From: Candidatus Anderseniibacteriota bacterium
GTDB lineage: Bacteria; Patescibacteriota; JAUYIX01
Direction: 5' to 3'
Assembly (NCBI GenBank): GCA_046350855.1
Contig: JAXLZM010000001.1
Coordinates: 14,104 to 78,103, forward strand
DNA: 64,000 nucleotides
The first letter of the stretch is position 1, and each line of letters begins with the position of its first letter. Under the pieces are notes generated by a model. That model ran no database searches. It had not been told where the DNA came from and was given only the letters and a program-made list of their open reading frames with translations. This document shows, one piece after another, positions 19,712 to 31,563 of the stretch. Position numbers and translations under genes: made by a program.

Positions 19712-21076
19712 ATGAAGCGTCTCTGGCTCATCATCACGATACTTTCCTTGCTGTGTATCCTCGGTTTGGGGGCACTCTTTTTTTGGATCGCGCAAATGGA
19801 GCCAGGTGGCTCTGCAACGAGTGACGATGCAACTGGTCGTCTGACCCAACTCAAGTCTGAGCTCACGCGGGGCTACCATACCGCGGCAGTACTGCGTCAG
19901 TTTAAAGATGCGGACCCTGAGTCGGTTCTGCTCGTTATCCAAAATGAGTGGGAACTCCGCCCGACCGGTGGCTTTATGACCGCTTTTGGTGAGGGCGAGA
20001 TCGTTAATGGCGGACTTACCAACCTCAGGATCGTCCCGAGCGAGTACTTTGACCCGCAAATCTCACTCAAAGCTCCCATGCCGGCCGGCATGGCCTATCG
20101 CATCACGACCCCAACCCTGGCTATGCGCGACAGTAACTGGGACGTTGACTTTGCCACGACCGCTGCGACTCTCGGCCGCTACTATCAGGACGCCACGGGC
20201 AAAACCCCTGACCTAGTCATCGCTATTACGACCGAGGCCGCCGAGCACGTCTTAGCGCATACTGGGCCGCTCGATTTTACCGTAAACGGCCACACCTTGA
20301 GCGTCACCAGCCAAACCGTTACCGAGACCCTCGAGAACTATACCGACCAATCCTTTAGGGAGCTCGGGCTCGAGTGGGAGACTCGCAAGCAAATCTTGAG
20401 TGCGTTTGGAGAGGCGCTCTTGCCGCGACTGCATGCTTTTGTCAAAGAGCACCCGGTCGATACCTTGCGGCTTGCCAATGAGTTACTCGCCTCGTATGAC
20501 GTGCAGCTTTGGTCAGCGCAACCTTCACTAGCGCAGCATCTTGCGTCTTTGGGTGCTGCCCAAACCGTGGCAGCCACGGGCACAACCGACGGTCTGCTGA
20601 TCGTCGACGCCAACGTGGGTGCCCGTAAAACTAATCGCGTCCTGCAGCAACGCGCTGACTATCGGGTCGATCTTGGTGCCGCCCAGCCAACCGCAACCCT
20701 GCACATCACTTACACCCATACGGGTACACTCGAGCCGACGATTATTGAGTACTATGACACCGTCCGGATATATGTACCCCAGGGCAGCACGCTGCTTACC
20801 CAAGAAAATCTCGACCACGTGCAGACGTATATTCGGCATGGACGAACCGTTTTTGAAGGGCGCCTACGTGTACCAGTTGGCAGCAGCAAAACCATTACGC
20901 TCTCCTACGTTTTACCAAACAGGGTAGCCACGACAGAATTTGCTCAGTATCGCTTACTGCTGGAGCGCCAACCCGGTTCTGCCAACTATCCGGTACAAGT
21001 GACGGTCTTTGATGGCGCCCAAAAAGCGACGATCGATACGGACGTGGCTCACGATCGCACCATCGCGGTCCAGTAA
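19712..21076 (+). CDS. DUF4012-like membrane-anchored protein.
   Basis: It has an N-terminal TM (MKRLWLIITILSLLCILGLGALFFW). The motif LVIQNEWELRPTGGFMTAFGEGEI resembles the DUF4012 N(N)AELRPTGGF signature. It is the last gene of the coupled polysaccharide operon. Confidence 0.55.
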   Translation: MKRLWLIITILSLLCILGLGALFFWIAQMEPGGSATSDDATGRLTQLKSELTRGYHTAAVLRQFKDADPESVLLVIQNEWELRPTGGFMTAFGEGEIVNGGLTNLRIVPSEYFDPQISLKAPMPAGMAYRITTPTLAMRDSNWDVDFATTAATLGRYYQDATGKTPDLVIAITTEAAEHVLAHTGPLDFTVNGHTLSVTSQTVTETLENYTDQSFRELGLEWETRKQILSAFGEALLPRLHAFVKEHPVDTLRLANELLASYDVQLWSAQPSLAQHLASLGAAQTVAATGTTDGLLIVDANVGARKTNRVLQQRADYRVDLGAAQPTATLHITYTHTGTLEPTIIEYYDTVRIYVPQGSTLLTQENLDHVQTYIRHGRTVFEGRLRVPVGSSKTITLSYVLPNRVATTEFAQYRLLLERQPGSANYPVQVTVFDGAQKATIDTDVAHDRTIAVQ

Positions 21077-21122
21077 CACAAGTACTCACGCCTGACCACG
21101 AGCGGTGGTATAGTAGAGGGGC

Positions 21123-22340
21123 ATGTCTTGGACAAAAGCAGCTCCGAGTAGCGACGTCCCACCGCGTCGCGGCAAAAGTCGCGTATTTGCGGTCTTGATT
21201 TTGATCATTTTGGCCCTTTTGGGTGGGGTTTTAATTGGGCAGAACAGCACGCTCAAAACCACCGCAGTAAAAGAGCAGAGCCAATCGGGTCTGGACTTTA
21301 CCTTGTTTGATCAAGTCTACGGAATGCTCAAAACACAATATGTTCACCAACCGCTCGATGCCAAAAAGCTCGAGTACGGAATGATCAAGGGGTTAGTGGC
21401 CGGTCTCGGCGATCGCAACTCAAACTTTATGGATCCTGAGGAGACCAAGGCTTTTGAGAGTAACCTCAAAGGTGAGTTTGAGGGGATCGGGATCGAAATT
21501 GCTCTTAAAGACGAGGCTTTGACCGTGGTGGCGCCGCTACCTGGCTCTCCGGCAGAACAAGCTGGCCTCAAATCGGGTGATACCATCCTCCAGATCGACA
21601 CTACCGTCACGTCTGGTTTGCCGTTAGATGAAGCAGTCCATTTGATTAGGGGTGCTAAGGGCACCACCGTTACGCTCATCGTGACGCGCGCCAAAGAATT
21701 TGAAGCTAAAGAGTTCAAAATTGAGCGCGATACGATCGAGGTGGACAGCGTGACCTCCAGCATACGTCAAGATGGCGTGATGATCGCGCGCATCGCCCGG
21801 TTTGGCGAGGACACGGCCGATAAAATGAAGAAAGTTGCCGCCGAGGCGCTCGACAAAAACGCCAAAGGCATGGTGCTCGATTTGCGTGGTAACCCGGGTG
21901 GCTTTTTGGAGTCTTCGGTGCAAGTGGCCAGCCTGTTTGTCGAGAGCGGGACGGTCGTGACCGAAGAATACGGCGATGGTCGTAAGCAGGAGCACAAGGT
22001 TACGGGCCAAGCACCCCTTAAAGACCTGCCCTTGGTTGTACTGGTAGATGAGGGGAGCGCCTCGGCGGCCGAGATTTTGTCGGGTGCACTGCAGGATTAC
22101 GGACGCGCCAAGCTGGTCGGGACCAAGACCTTTGGCAAGGGATCGGTCCAGGAGCTGCAGGCCCTTGATCAGGAGACCAGCCTGCGTTTGACCGTGGCCC
22201 TGTTTGTTCTGCCTAAGGGGCGTAAAATTGATCATCAGGGGATCGAGCCGGATATCAAGGTAGAGCTGCCTCAGGACCTCAAAGAGGGTCAGGATCCGCA
22301 ATTGGACAAGGCGCTTGAAGTTCTGGGCGAGGCACGCTAG
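21123..22340 (+). CDS. ctpA: Carboxy-terminal processing protease (peptidase S41) with a PDZ domain.
   Basis: It has an N-terminal TM, the PDZ motif GIGIEIALKDEALTVVAPLPGSPAEQAGLKSGD, and the S41 core VVLVDEGSASAAEILSGALQDYGRAKLVGTKTFGKGSVQ. Confidence 0.85.
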   Translation: MSWTKAAPSSDVPPRRGKSRVFAVLILIILALLGGVLIGQNSTLKTTAVKEQSQSGLDFTLFDQVYGMLKTQYVHQPLDAKKLEYGMIKGLVAGLGDRNSNFMDPEETKAFESNLKGEFEGIGIEIALKDEALTVVAPLPGSPAEQAGLKSGDTILQIDTTVTSGLPLDEAVHLIRGAKGTTVTLIVTRAKEFEAKEFKIERDTIEVDSVTSSIRQDGVMIARIARFGEDTADKMKKVAAEALDKNAKGMVLDLRGNPGGFLESSVQVASLFVESGTVVTEEYGDGRKQEHKVTGQAPLKDLPLVVLVDEGSASAAEILSGALQDYGRAKLVGTKTFGKGSVQELQALDQETSLRLTVALFVLPKGRKIDHQGIEPDIKVELPQDLKEGQDPQLDKALEVLGEAR

Positions 22341-22370
22341 CATCCGCGAGTCATTCATAAACGCACCCCA

Positions 22371-22838
22371 ATGAGTAAGCAACAAGTCGCGATTATCTTA
22401 CGTAAAGATGTTAAGAAGTTGGGCCAGGCTGGTGAGGTCGTAAAGGCACGTGCTGGATATGTGCGAAATTTTTTGGTCCCGAGTGGTTTGGCCGAGATCG
22501 CCACGGACAAAGCTCTGGCTGCTCATCAAAAGGTAGTTGCTCATCGCAAGGAGCAAAATGCATCGGCGATCGCCGCAGCTGAGGCTCTTGCAAAGACCAT
22601 GAGTACCAAAGTTGTGACCGTGCGTGTTAAGGCCGGTCAAAAAGGCAAGCTTTTTGGATCGGTGACCGCTGCAGACATCAGTAAGGCTGCGGGTGATCAG
22701 CACGGCTGGCAATTGACCAACAAGCAACTCAAACTCAAGTCACCGGTTAAAGCACTCGGTAAACACACCGTCCCGGTCGAACTCGACCAGCACGTCAAAG
22801 GCAACCTGACGATTCAGGTGGTTAGCACCAAGGGCTAA
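22371..22838 (+). CDS. rplI: 50S ribosomal protein L9.
   Basis: The N-terminal VAIILRKDVKKLGQAGEVVKARAGYVRNFLVPSGLA matches the L9 family. It is 155 aa. Confidence 0.9.
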   Translation: MSKQQVAIILRKDVKKLGQAGEVVKARAGYVRNFLVPSGLAEIATDKALAAHQKVVAHRKEQNASAIAAAEALAKTMSTKVVTVRVKAGQKGKLFGSVTAADISKAAGDQHGWQLTNKQLKLKSPVKALGKHTVPVELDQHVKGNLTIQVVSTKG

Positions 22839-22860
22839 GCCGGACAAAAGTGTGCAATCA

Positions 22861-22890
22861 AAAACTCGGCGTAAGGCCGAGTTTTTTGTT
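22861..22890. terminator. Bidirectional rho-independent terminator between the convergent rplI and rpmA genes.
   Basis: The hairpin AAAACTCGGC-GTAA-GGCCGAGTTTT is flanked by A and T runs on both strands. Confidence 0.55.
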
Positions 22891-23220
22891 TTATTTCTTT
22901 TTGGCCGGAGCTTTTGCTTTGGAAGCTGCCTTTGCGGCTGAACCACCCGGTGCTACCTCAACGCGTGTGCGTGGGTGCAAGTTGCCGTCAAATCCCATGT
23001 GTCGAATATGTCGAAAGGCCACTTTGCCCTCGATCGAAGCATGCAACGTATGGTCCTTACCCATAAAAACGTTTTTGCCGGCGATGTAGTGGGTGCCACG
23101 TTGGCGGACCAGGATGTCTCCGGTGCTGACTTGTTCACCCCCAAAAGCCTTAACACCCAGGCGTTGGGCCTGACTATCTCGGACGTTTGATGTACTACCA
23201 GCTGCTTTTTTATGCGCCAT
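22891..23220 (-). CDS. rpmA: 50S ribosomal protein L27 with a C-terminal Lys/Ala-rich extension of about 25 aa.
   Basis: [31 protein letters not shown]...[10 protein letters not shown] is the L27 family signature. The C-terminal tail [18 protein letters not shown] is unusual. Confidence 0.9.
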   Translation of the reverse strand: MAHKKAAGSTSNVRDSQAQRLGVKAFGGEQVSTGDILVRQRGTHYIAGKNVFMGKDHTLHASIEGKVAFRHIRHMGFDGNLHPRTRVEVAPGGSAAKAASKAKAPAKKK

Positions 23221-24435
23221 GGACGGGGCTTAAAACGAGTAATTCGCGCCCCACCACTTGGTCGGGACGGCTGTAGATCAGTTTTTGGGCTGAACTAAGA
23301 GCCACAAGACGGTAACCTAGTTTTGGCAGCTCGTCAACTAGCGGAACGGTCGTAGGAGCCTGGCCGACGGTCTGGAGGACCGGAAGGGTCAAAACGACGC
23401 GTGCGGTCGGTTTTAGGGCCGGTTTCCAGTGTTTGAGGACCTTTACCCAGAGGCGTGCCACGTCTTGGGTGACTTGGGAGGCTTCGCTGGGGGAGAGGGG
23501 GCGGCTGCGGGGCGGGCCGAGGACACCCTCGGTGACGATGGCGTCGATGCTTTGGTCTGTGAGCTTGAGCGTGGCAGCGTCGGCTTGGGCCAGCGCTTTT
23601 GGTTTGGCAACCTGGGCGTGTTTGGAGAGCCAGTCTAGGTTTTTTTGGAACGTTCTACCTGCTCGAGGTCGAGATCATAGCCCGAGACTTGGTAACCCAT
23701 CAGGAGTCCCTCTTGCAAAACCGTGCCGATACCGCAGAACGGATCCACGATGTGTGCACCCTCGGATTGGGCGGCAAAGTTGAGCATCATTTGTGCCAGC
23801 TTGGGTGGAAGCGAACCGCCTTTAGGGTTGCGCTCCGGTCGGCCGTAATCGCGGTCAGAGTAGTTGGTAAAATTTTGAACCGCTCGCGTTTTTGCGCGAT
23901 ACACCAGTTGCTCGCCAAAAACTAAGACGATCTCGGCACCGCGCTCTTGCAGGAGACCATTGCCAACTACGACCACGCTCGAGAGCGCTTGCGATTGGCC
24001 GCGTGCATCGACAAAACGAGCTGGGCGTTTGCGACTTTTGAGATACCGCTTAAGGTCGAGGCCAAAATCATGCACGCTGCGTGCGACATCGCGATCTTGT
24101 TCTGCTCCATAGACGGAGATACCAAAGGTCCATTTGCCCTCCTTGCCTTCGTCAAATTCTCGCAAGATGCCGTCGTTTTTGAGCAGCTCTTTGAGGTTGG
24201 CTCGGGTGTCTCGTACTCGGGGGAACGAGTTAGTCATCTCAGCGATCTTGATCGTGCCGCCCAGACGCGGCAAAAACTGAGTTGGATCAAGGGAATCATC
24301 GACGCCGTCGAGCAGCGCCACGTGCGAACTCGCCAAGGTGAGTGGACGTTGCATCTTAAAACTCGAGATAAGCGCGCGAAGCTCAGCAAAACCCAACTCC
24401 GGCTGGCGACCTAAGACAAAAAGCCAGCTCTTCAT
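23210..24435 (-). pseudogene. UPF0020/Trm11-RlmL-like RNA (guanine-N2) methyltransferase split by a 1-nt frameshift in a T7/A7 homopolymer. Its intact length would be about 408 aa.
   Basis: The 266-aa ORF 23635..24435 has SAM motif I (IVDPFCGIGTVLQE) and stops at TAG 23635. The frame one position over continues without a start codon (..KNLDWLSKHAQ..DAIVTEGVLGPP..). It contains the listed 83-aa ORF 23210..23461 and ends at TAA 23210. Adding one T to the homopolymer at 23640-23646 fuses the two parts. Confidence 0.6.
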
Positions 24436-24468
24436 GTTTTCTTAAGGTTTGTTTGCGAAACTCGTAGC

Positions 24469-24813
24469 ATGCGGGCACACCCTAACATATTTTTGCTAGT
24501 TGGCGAGATCGTGCTGATTGGCGCCAGTGGCTTTGTTGCGGGCTTTTTATGGCCCCATCCGAGTCCGGAGTTAACGCTTTCTGTTCCGCCAACGCCGGTT
24601 ATTGAGATCGGGGCAGAGCCCTCTCAGGTTGAATCCGCTCAAGCTCAGAAGCCCCAAGGTCAGTTTATTGCTAGTAAATCTGGTACAAAATATCATCCAG
24701 CGTCAGGCTGCAGCTACGCAGACCGGATTAAAGAAGAAAACCGAATCTACTTCAGGAGCGCAGCAGAAGCAGAAGCTGCCGGTTACGAGCCATCCAGCTG
24801 CATTACCAAATAA
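24469..24813 (+). CDS. Small membrane-anchored protein with a C-terminal Cys/His-containing domain (KYH..SGC......F.S...A...GY.PSSC).
   Basis: It has an N-terminal TM (IFLLVGEIVLIGASGFVAGFLW). The C-terminal 45 aa (SKSGTKYHPASGCSYADRIKEENRIYFRSAAEAEAAGYEPSSC) resemble a widespread small putative metal-binding module. I did not assign a family name. Confidence 0.5.
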   Translation: MRAHPNIFLLVGEIVLIGASGFVAGFLWPHPSPELTLSVPPTPVIEIGAEPSQVESAQAQKPQGQFIASKSGTKYHPASGCSYADRIKEENRIYFRSAAEAEAAGYEPSSCITK

Positions 24814-24820
24814 GACGGGA

Positions 24821-25216
24821 CTACTTACGTACTCTAAGTTTAGCGGCAACTGTCGCGAGCTGCTCGCGAGCTTCGCTGAGCTCGATAGCAGTGAGTTGGC
24901 CGCCTTTTATATCGCCAAGTAAACGATTGCGCTCTGCTTCGGCTTTTGCCAAATCGATAGACTCTACTGGCACAGCCTCACTCACCAAAACCGTTGCGCG
25001 ATTGTCTTTTACCTCAACCGATCCGCTCGATGAGACCATACGGAACTCGCGCGACTTGGTTTTGTATCGCAGCAAACCAGGCTCGATCACTGCCAGGAGG
25101 GGAATATGTCCACTCAAAATACCCGTTGCACCCTCAGAAGTGGTCACGCTCAAGAGGTCGACGGGTTCATCCACGACGACCTTCTCGATGGTAACGATGC
25201 GCAGGTGCAAAGGCAT
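24821..25216 (-). CDS. atpC: F1 ATP synthase epsilon subunit.
   Basis: It is 131 aa and lies immediately downstream of atpD in a canonical atp operon. Confidence 0.85.
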   Translation of the reverse strand: MPLHLRIVTIEKVVVDEPVDLLSVTTSEGATGILSGHIPLLAVIEPGLLRYKTKSREFRMVSSSGSVEVKDNRATVLVSEAVPVESIDLAKAEAERNRLLGDIKGGQLTAIELSEAREQLATVAAKLRVRK

Positions 25217-25234
25217 AACAAGCTGGGCTAACGC

Positions 25235-27567
<2,333 letters not shown>

Positions 27568-27594
27568 TAGTTACGTTGCGTTAGGAGCAATGAG

Positions 27595-29109
27595 TTACTC
27601 AAACTTAGTATCACGAACAAAACTTTCGATAGCCAGATCGAGCATTTTTTGGACCTCGTCGGTCAACTCAGGTTTTTTTACGATGGCGTCTATCAATTTT
27701 TTGTGTGAACCCTCGACGTGACGTAGCAATTGCTCCTCGGCGGTGCGGATTTGTTCGACCGGGACGGAATCAAACTTACCGGTAGTCGTAGCGTACAAAG
27801 CAACCGCCATCTGCCAAACGGCACGAGGTTGCTCCTGGGGCTGCTTGAGAATCTCGGTCAACCGTTGCCCACGAGCCAGGCGCTTTTGGGTCTCCGCGTC
27901 CAAGTCCGACCCGAACTGCGCAAAGGCCGCCAGCTCTCTAAACTGCGCCAGATCGAGACGCAACTTACCGGAGAGGGCCTTAATGATCTTGGTCTGGGCT
28001 TTGCTACCGACGCGCGAGACGGAGAGTCCCACGTTTACGGCAGGGCGAACACCCGCGTTAAAGAGATCCGTTTCCAAAAAGATTTGTCCGTCGGTAATCG
28101 AGATCACGTTGGTCGGGACGTAGGCGGTCAAGTCTCCAGCCTGAGTCTCAATTATCGGCAGTGCCGTAATCGATCCGCCACCAGCTTCTTTGCTGCGCTT
28201 AGCGGCTCGCTCGAGCAAACGTGAGTGGAGGTAAAATACGTCTCCTGGGTAGGCTTCGCGACCAGGGGGACGACGCAAGAGTAGCGATATTTGGCGATAG
28301 GCTTGGGCGTGTTTAGAGAGATCGTCATAGATTACCAAGGCCTCTTTGCCTTGGTACATAAAGTGTTCTGCCATTGCGGTACCAGCGTAGGGTGCCAAGT
28401 AGTTGAGTGCGGCAGAACTCGAAGCAGGGGCTGAGACTACGATTGTATATTCGAGTGCACGGTGCTTGCGGAGTGTCTCGACCAGGCGCGCGACTTTGGC
28501 CTCTTTTTGTCCGATAGCCACGTACACACAGACCAAGTCTTTGCCGCGCTGATTGATAATCGTATCGATCGCGACGGCGGTTTTACCCGTTTGGCGATCA
28601 CCGATGATCAGCTCGCGCTGGCCGCGACCGATCGGGATCATGGCATCGATAGCTTTAATACCGGTTGCGACGGAGGCGTTAACCGATTCGCGCTCCATAA
28701 CACCTGGCGCGATACGCTCGACCGGCAGGCGCGAAGTAGTTTTGATGGCGCCCAGGCCATCGAGGGGTTCACCCAGAGGGGAGACCACACGACCGAGCAA
28801 CGCGTCACCAACTGGAACATCCAAAATGCGGCCGCTTGTCTTGACCGTGTCGCCCTCGCCGATGCCGCTCGCGTCACCGAGCACGATCACGCCAACCGTG
28901 TCCTCCTCGAGGTTAAGGGCCACACCCGCCACACCGTTTTGGAAGGTGACGAGTTCACCCGCTTGGACTTGCTGCAAACCAAACACGCTGGCGATGCCGT
29001 CACCAACTTTAACGACCGTGCCGATGGCCTCGCTGGTAGGGGAGAGGTCGACACCCGCAATCGCTTTGCGGAGGCTCTCAATGAGTGAACTGTCGGTGGC
29101 TTTTTTCAT
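27595..29109 (-). CDS. atpA: F1 ATP synthase alpha subunit.
   Basis: It has a P-loop ([18 protein letters not shown]). It is 504 aa. Confidence 0.95.
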   Translation of the reverse strand: MKKATDSSLIESLRKAIAGVDLSPTSEAIGTVVKVGDGIASVFGLQQVQAGELVTFQNGVAGVALNLEEDTVGVIVLGDASGIGEGDTVKTSGRILDVPVGDALLGRVVSPLGEPLDGLGAIKTTSRLPVERIAPGVMERESVNASVATGIKAIDAMIPIGRGQRELIIGDRQTGKTAVAIDTIINQRGKDLVCVYVAIGQKEAKVARLVETLRKHRALEYTIVVSAPASSSAALNYLAPYAGTAMAEHFMYQGKEALVIYDDLSKHAQAYRQISLLLRRPPGREAYPGDVFYLHSRLLERAAKRSKEAGGGSITALPIIETQAGDLTAYVPTNVISITDGQIFLETDLFNAGVRPAVNVGLSVSRVGSKAQTKIIKALSGKLRLDLAQFRELAAFAQFGSDLDAETQKRLARGQRLTEILKQPQEQPRAVWQMAVALYATTTGKFDSVPVEQIRTAEEQLLRHVEGSHKKLIDAIVKKPELTDEVQKMLDLAIESFVRDTKFE

Positions 29110-29146
29110 GGGGGCTTTGTATATGAGGCTAAAGTAGATGTGTAAA

Positions 29147-29674
29147 TTATCGTGTCAGGGCACTTACCGCAGCGTTGAGGCGCTGTAACTTTCCGCGCAG
29201 ACTAAAATCTTGCCGACGGCCTTGACTATCCAGGATGAACCCCCCTAACACCCCCGCATCAACCAGCTCGGTGAGCTGCACGTCGCGTCCGGTTTGTTTT
29301 TTTAGCGCAGACTTGAGCGCGGTGCTCTGCGTTGGGGTCAGGGCGATGGCCGAGCGCACGGTAGCTTTAGCGGTGCCCAGTCGTGTGCTGATTAGTCGTT
29401 CAGCGGCTAACACAACCTGATCGAGTTGCTTCCAGAGACGGTTCTTATCGATAAAACCAACTAACTCTTGTACCGACTGACTAAAACCAGCCTTTTTTAA
29501 AAGTATTTTTTTTGCGGCGGTGTCCTGGGTCGGTGCGGTCAAACCCGACCGAATCGACCGATCAGAGGCAAAAGCCTTGGCCAAAAGTTCAAGCTGTTCT
29601 AGCGCAAGAGCCAACTCTTTTGGCGCGACCGCTGTAATCCAGGCTTCTACAATAGTGCTGACGGGGAGGTTCAT
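29147..29674 (-). CDS. atpH: F1 ATP synthase delta (OSCP) subunit.
   Basis: It is 175 aa. Its position between atpF and atpA and its OSCP-like C-terminus support the call. Confidence 0.8.
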   Translation of the reverse strand: MNLPVSTIVEAWITAVAPKELALALEQLELLAKAFASDRSIRSGLTAPTQDTAAKKILLKKAGFSQSVQELVGFIDKNRLWKQLDQVVLAAERLISTRLGTAKATVRSAIALTPTQSTALKSALKKQTGRDVQLTELVDAGVLGGFILDSQGRRQDFSLRGKLQRLNAAVSALTR

Positions 29675-30168
29675 GCTAGCTCCTTGAGAGCGTCATCGAT
29701 CAGACGCTTTTGGGTTTTGGGATCGATCCCCTTAGCGACGACACGTTCGGTAGCCTGCGTCACAAGCTGTAAGGTCTCAGCTTGGAGCTCACGCTTGATG
29801 CGGCGGCGCTCTTCTTTGAGACTTTCTTCGGTACGCTTAAAAATCTGGGTAGCCTCGGCTTCGGCGGCACGCAACTTTTCTATCCGTTTAGCCTCGGCTT
29901 CTTGTTCGACCCCGGCAACGACCTTAGAGGCCCGCTCGTTAGCCGACACCACGATCTGCTGGGCCTTAGCGCGCGAGGACTCGAGATCCTGTTCGATCTG
30001 CTTGGCGTCTTTGATGCTTTTTTCGATGCGCTCCCGGCGCTCGCGCAAAACTTTAAGCAAGGGCTTGTAGAGCAAGCGCCACAAAATCAAAAGCAGCAAG
30101 ACAAAGTTGACGATCTGAGCCAATAGGCTCAGCGGCTTGATGCCAAGTTGTTCGAGGAGTTCTCCCAC
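29671..30168 (-). CDS. atpF: Fo ATP synthase b subunit.
   Basis: It has a single N-terminal TM followed by a long charged helix. It is 165 aa. Confidence 0.85.
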   Translation of the reverse strand: MGELLEQLGIKPLSLLAQIVNFVLLLLILWRLLYKPLLKVLRERRERIEKSIKDAKQIEQDLESSRAKAQQIVVSANERASKVVAGVEQEAEAKRIEKLRAAEAEATQIFKRTEESLKEERRRIKRELQAETLQLVTQATERVVAKGIDPKTQKRLIDDALKELA

Positions 30169-30191
30169 TTCGGTTGAGCCTGTTGGATGAA

Positions 30192-30404
30192 CTAGACGAA
30201 CTTAATAATGAGCGCCACGACCAGCGCGTAGATACCGATGGCCTCGGCAAAGGCGAGGGCCAGAGTCATTGCGGTCTGAATTTTGGAGCTGGCCTCGGGG
30301 TTGCGGCCGATCGACTTGAGACCGCTGGAGGCGAGCATTCCGATGGCAATGGCGGGAGCTAGTCCACCGATTCCGATTGCGAGTGCTGCTGCGAGTGATT
30401 CCAT
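30192..30404 (-). CDS. atpE: Fo ATP synthase c subunit.
   Basis: It is a 70-aa two-helix proteolipid (GLAPAIAIGMLASSG...AFAEAIGIYALVVALII). Confidence 0.9.
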   Translation of the reverse strand: MESLAAALAIGIGGLAPAIAIGMLASSGLKSIGRNPEASSKIQTAMTLALAFAEAIGIYALVVALIIKFV

Positions 30405-30446
30405 ATGTTTGTACTTAAAATTAATTGGGTTAGCGTATTGAGCGCG

Positions 30447-31235
30447 CTACTGCGCGGGTTCTGCCTTGTGCTCTGGCTCGTGCTCACCGTGACTGGTCGT
30501 CGCCAGCGTCATAAAGACGAGCGACAGCATAGTAAAGACGAGCGCCTGGATAAATGCCACAAAGGCTTCGAGCAAATAAAAGGGCAGCGGGGCAACAAAG
30601 GGAACAATAACGGCAATCACCGTGAGCAGTACCTCGCCAGCAAAAATGTTACCAAAAAGACGGAAGGAACACGAGATCATCTTGGCAACCTCAGAGATGA
30701 CCTCGAGCAGCCCCACAAAGGTGTTAGCCGGGCCGCCCTTGAGCGTAAAGTATTTTCGCAGGTGTTTAAACAGTCCAAGCGTCGCGATCCCAAAGACTTG
30801 TGCGCCCACAACGGTTGCGACCGCCAATGCCAAGGTAAAATTAAGATCAGCGGCGGGTGGTCTAAAGTAAGGGATGAACTCCCGGCCGTGTGCACCAATC
30901 TCAAAGAGACCGATCGTACCGATGCCCGGGATAATATCGGTGACGTTGGCCACAAAAATAAACAAGAAAAATGTTGCGAGAAACGGAAAAAATTGTTCGG
31001 CTTTTTTGCGACTCTGGGTGACGGACTCGATTAAATTAAGAAGGAACTCAAAAACCGCCTCGACCACGTTTTGCAGGCCGCGCGGGACGCTCCGGGGCTT
31101 ACGACCGGCCAACCAAGCGACCAAGGCTAGGACCACGATCACGATCCAGGTCACGAGCAAACTGTTAGTAACCGAGAGAGGACCGATCCTAAAGAGTTCT
31201 TCCGCCGCGAGGCTGATATGAATCTCGCTACCCAT
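30447..31235 (-). CDS. atpB: Fo ATP synthase a subunit.
   Basis: It is a 262-aa polytopic protein. The conserved Arg-containing helix FRLFGNIFAGEVLL is present. Confidence 0.9.
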   Translation of the reverse strand: MGSEIHISLAAEELFRIGPLSVTNSLLVTWIVIVVLALVAWLAGRKPRSVPRGLQNVVEAVFEFLLNLIESVTQSRKKAEQFFPFLATFFLFIFVANVTDIIPGIGTIGLFEIGAHGREFIPYFRPPAADLNFTLALAVATVVGAQVFGIATLGLFKHLRKYFTLKGGPANTFVGLLEVISEVAKMISCSFRLFGNIFAGEVLLTVIAVIVPFVAPLPFYLLEAFVAFIQALVFTMLSLVFMTLATTSHGEHEPEHKAEPAQ

Positions 31236-31470
31236 GGGTCCCTCCGGCTGCTCGAGTAGCGGTCCTTACGAGACGAGTCAGGAGCACGGTCGTCAAGACC
31301 AGTGAGAGACCCAAGCCGATCAGTAAAAAAAGCGGTGAGGTACCGCGCATACGGTCGAGCCAACGTCCAAGGACCAGTAACAGTAGCAAGGGCAAGGCAA
31401 TACTGGCACCCAACTGGAGGGCTTGTTTGAGTAACATACGGGAGGTTTGGGCGCGAGACATACGCACCAA
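31228..31470 (-). CDS. atpI: AtpI/AtpZ-like small membrane protein of the ATP synthase operon.
   Basis: It is an 80-aa two-TM protein immediately upstream of atpB and overlaps the atpB start by 8 nt. Confidence 0.5.
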   Translation of the reverse strand: MVRMSRAQTSRMLLKQALQLGASIALPLLLLLVLGRWLDRMRGTSPLFLLIGLGLSLVLTTVLLTRLVRTATRAAGGTHG

Positions 31471-31563
31471 GCCTACGGACGATGTTCTACCACGTCAAGG
31501 AGCGCTCGATTTGTACAGGCCGGTCGCACGGCCCGATTGACTAAAGGTGAGTGACGTTGCATA

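Noticed and set aside
21624-22385. A 253-aa ORF antisense to ctpA.
   Set aside because: It lies entirely within the strongly supported S41 protease gene on the opposite strand. It is a typical spurious antisense ORF of GC-rich DNA with no motif.
23210-23461. An 83-aa minus-strand ORF directly upstream of rpmA, in the position where rplU (L21) would be expected.
   Set aside because: Its sequence has no L21 signature. Extending the reading frame upstream shows it is the C-terminal part of the frameshifted RNA methyltransferase.
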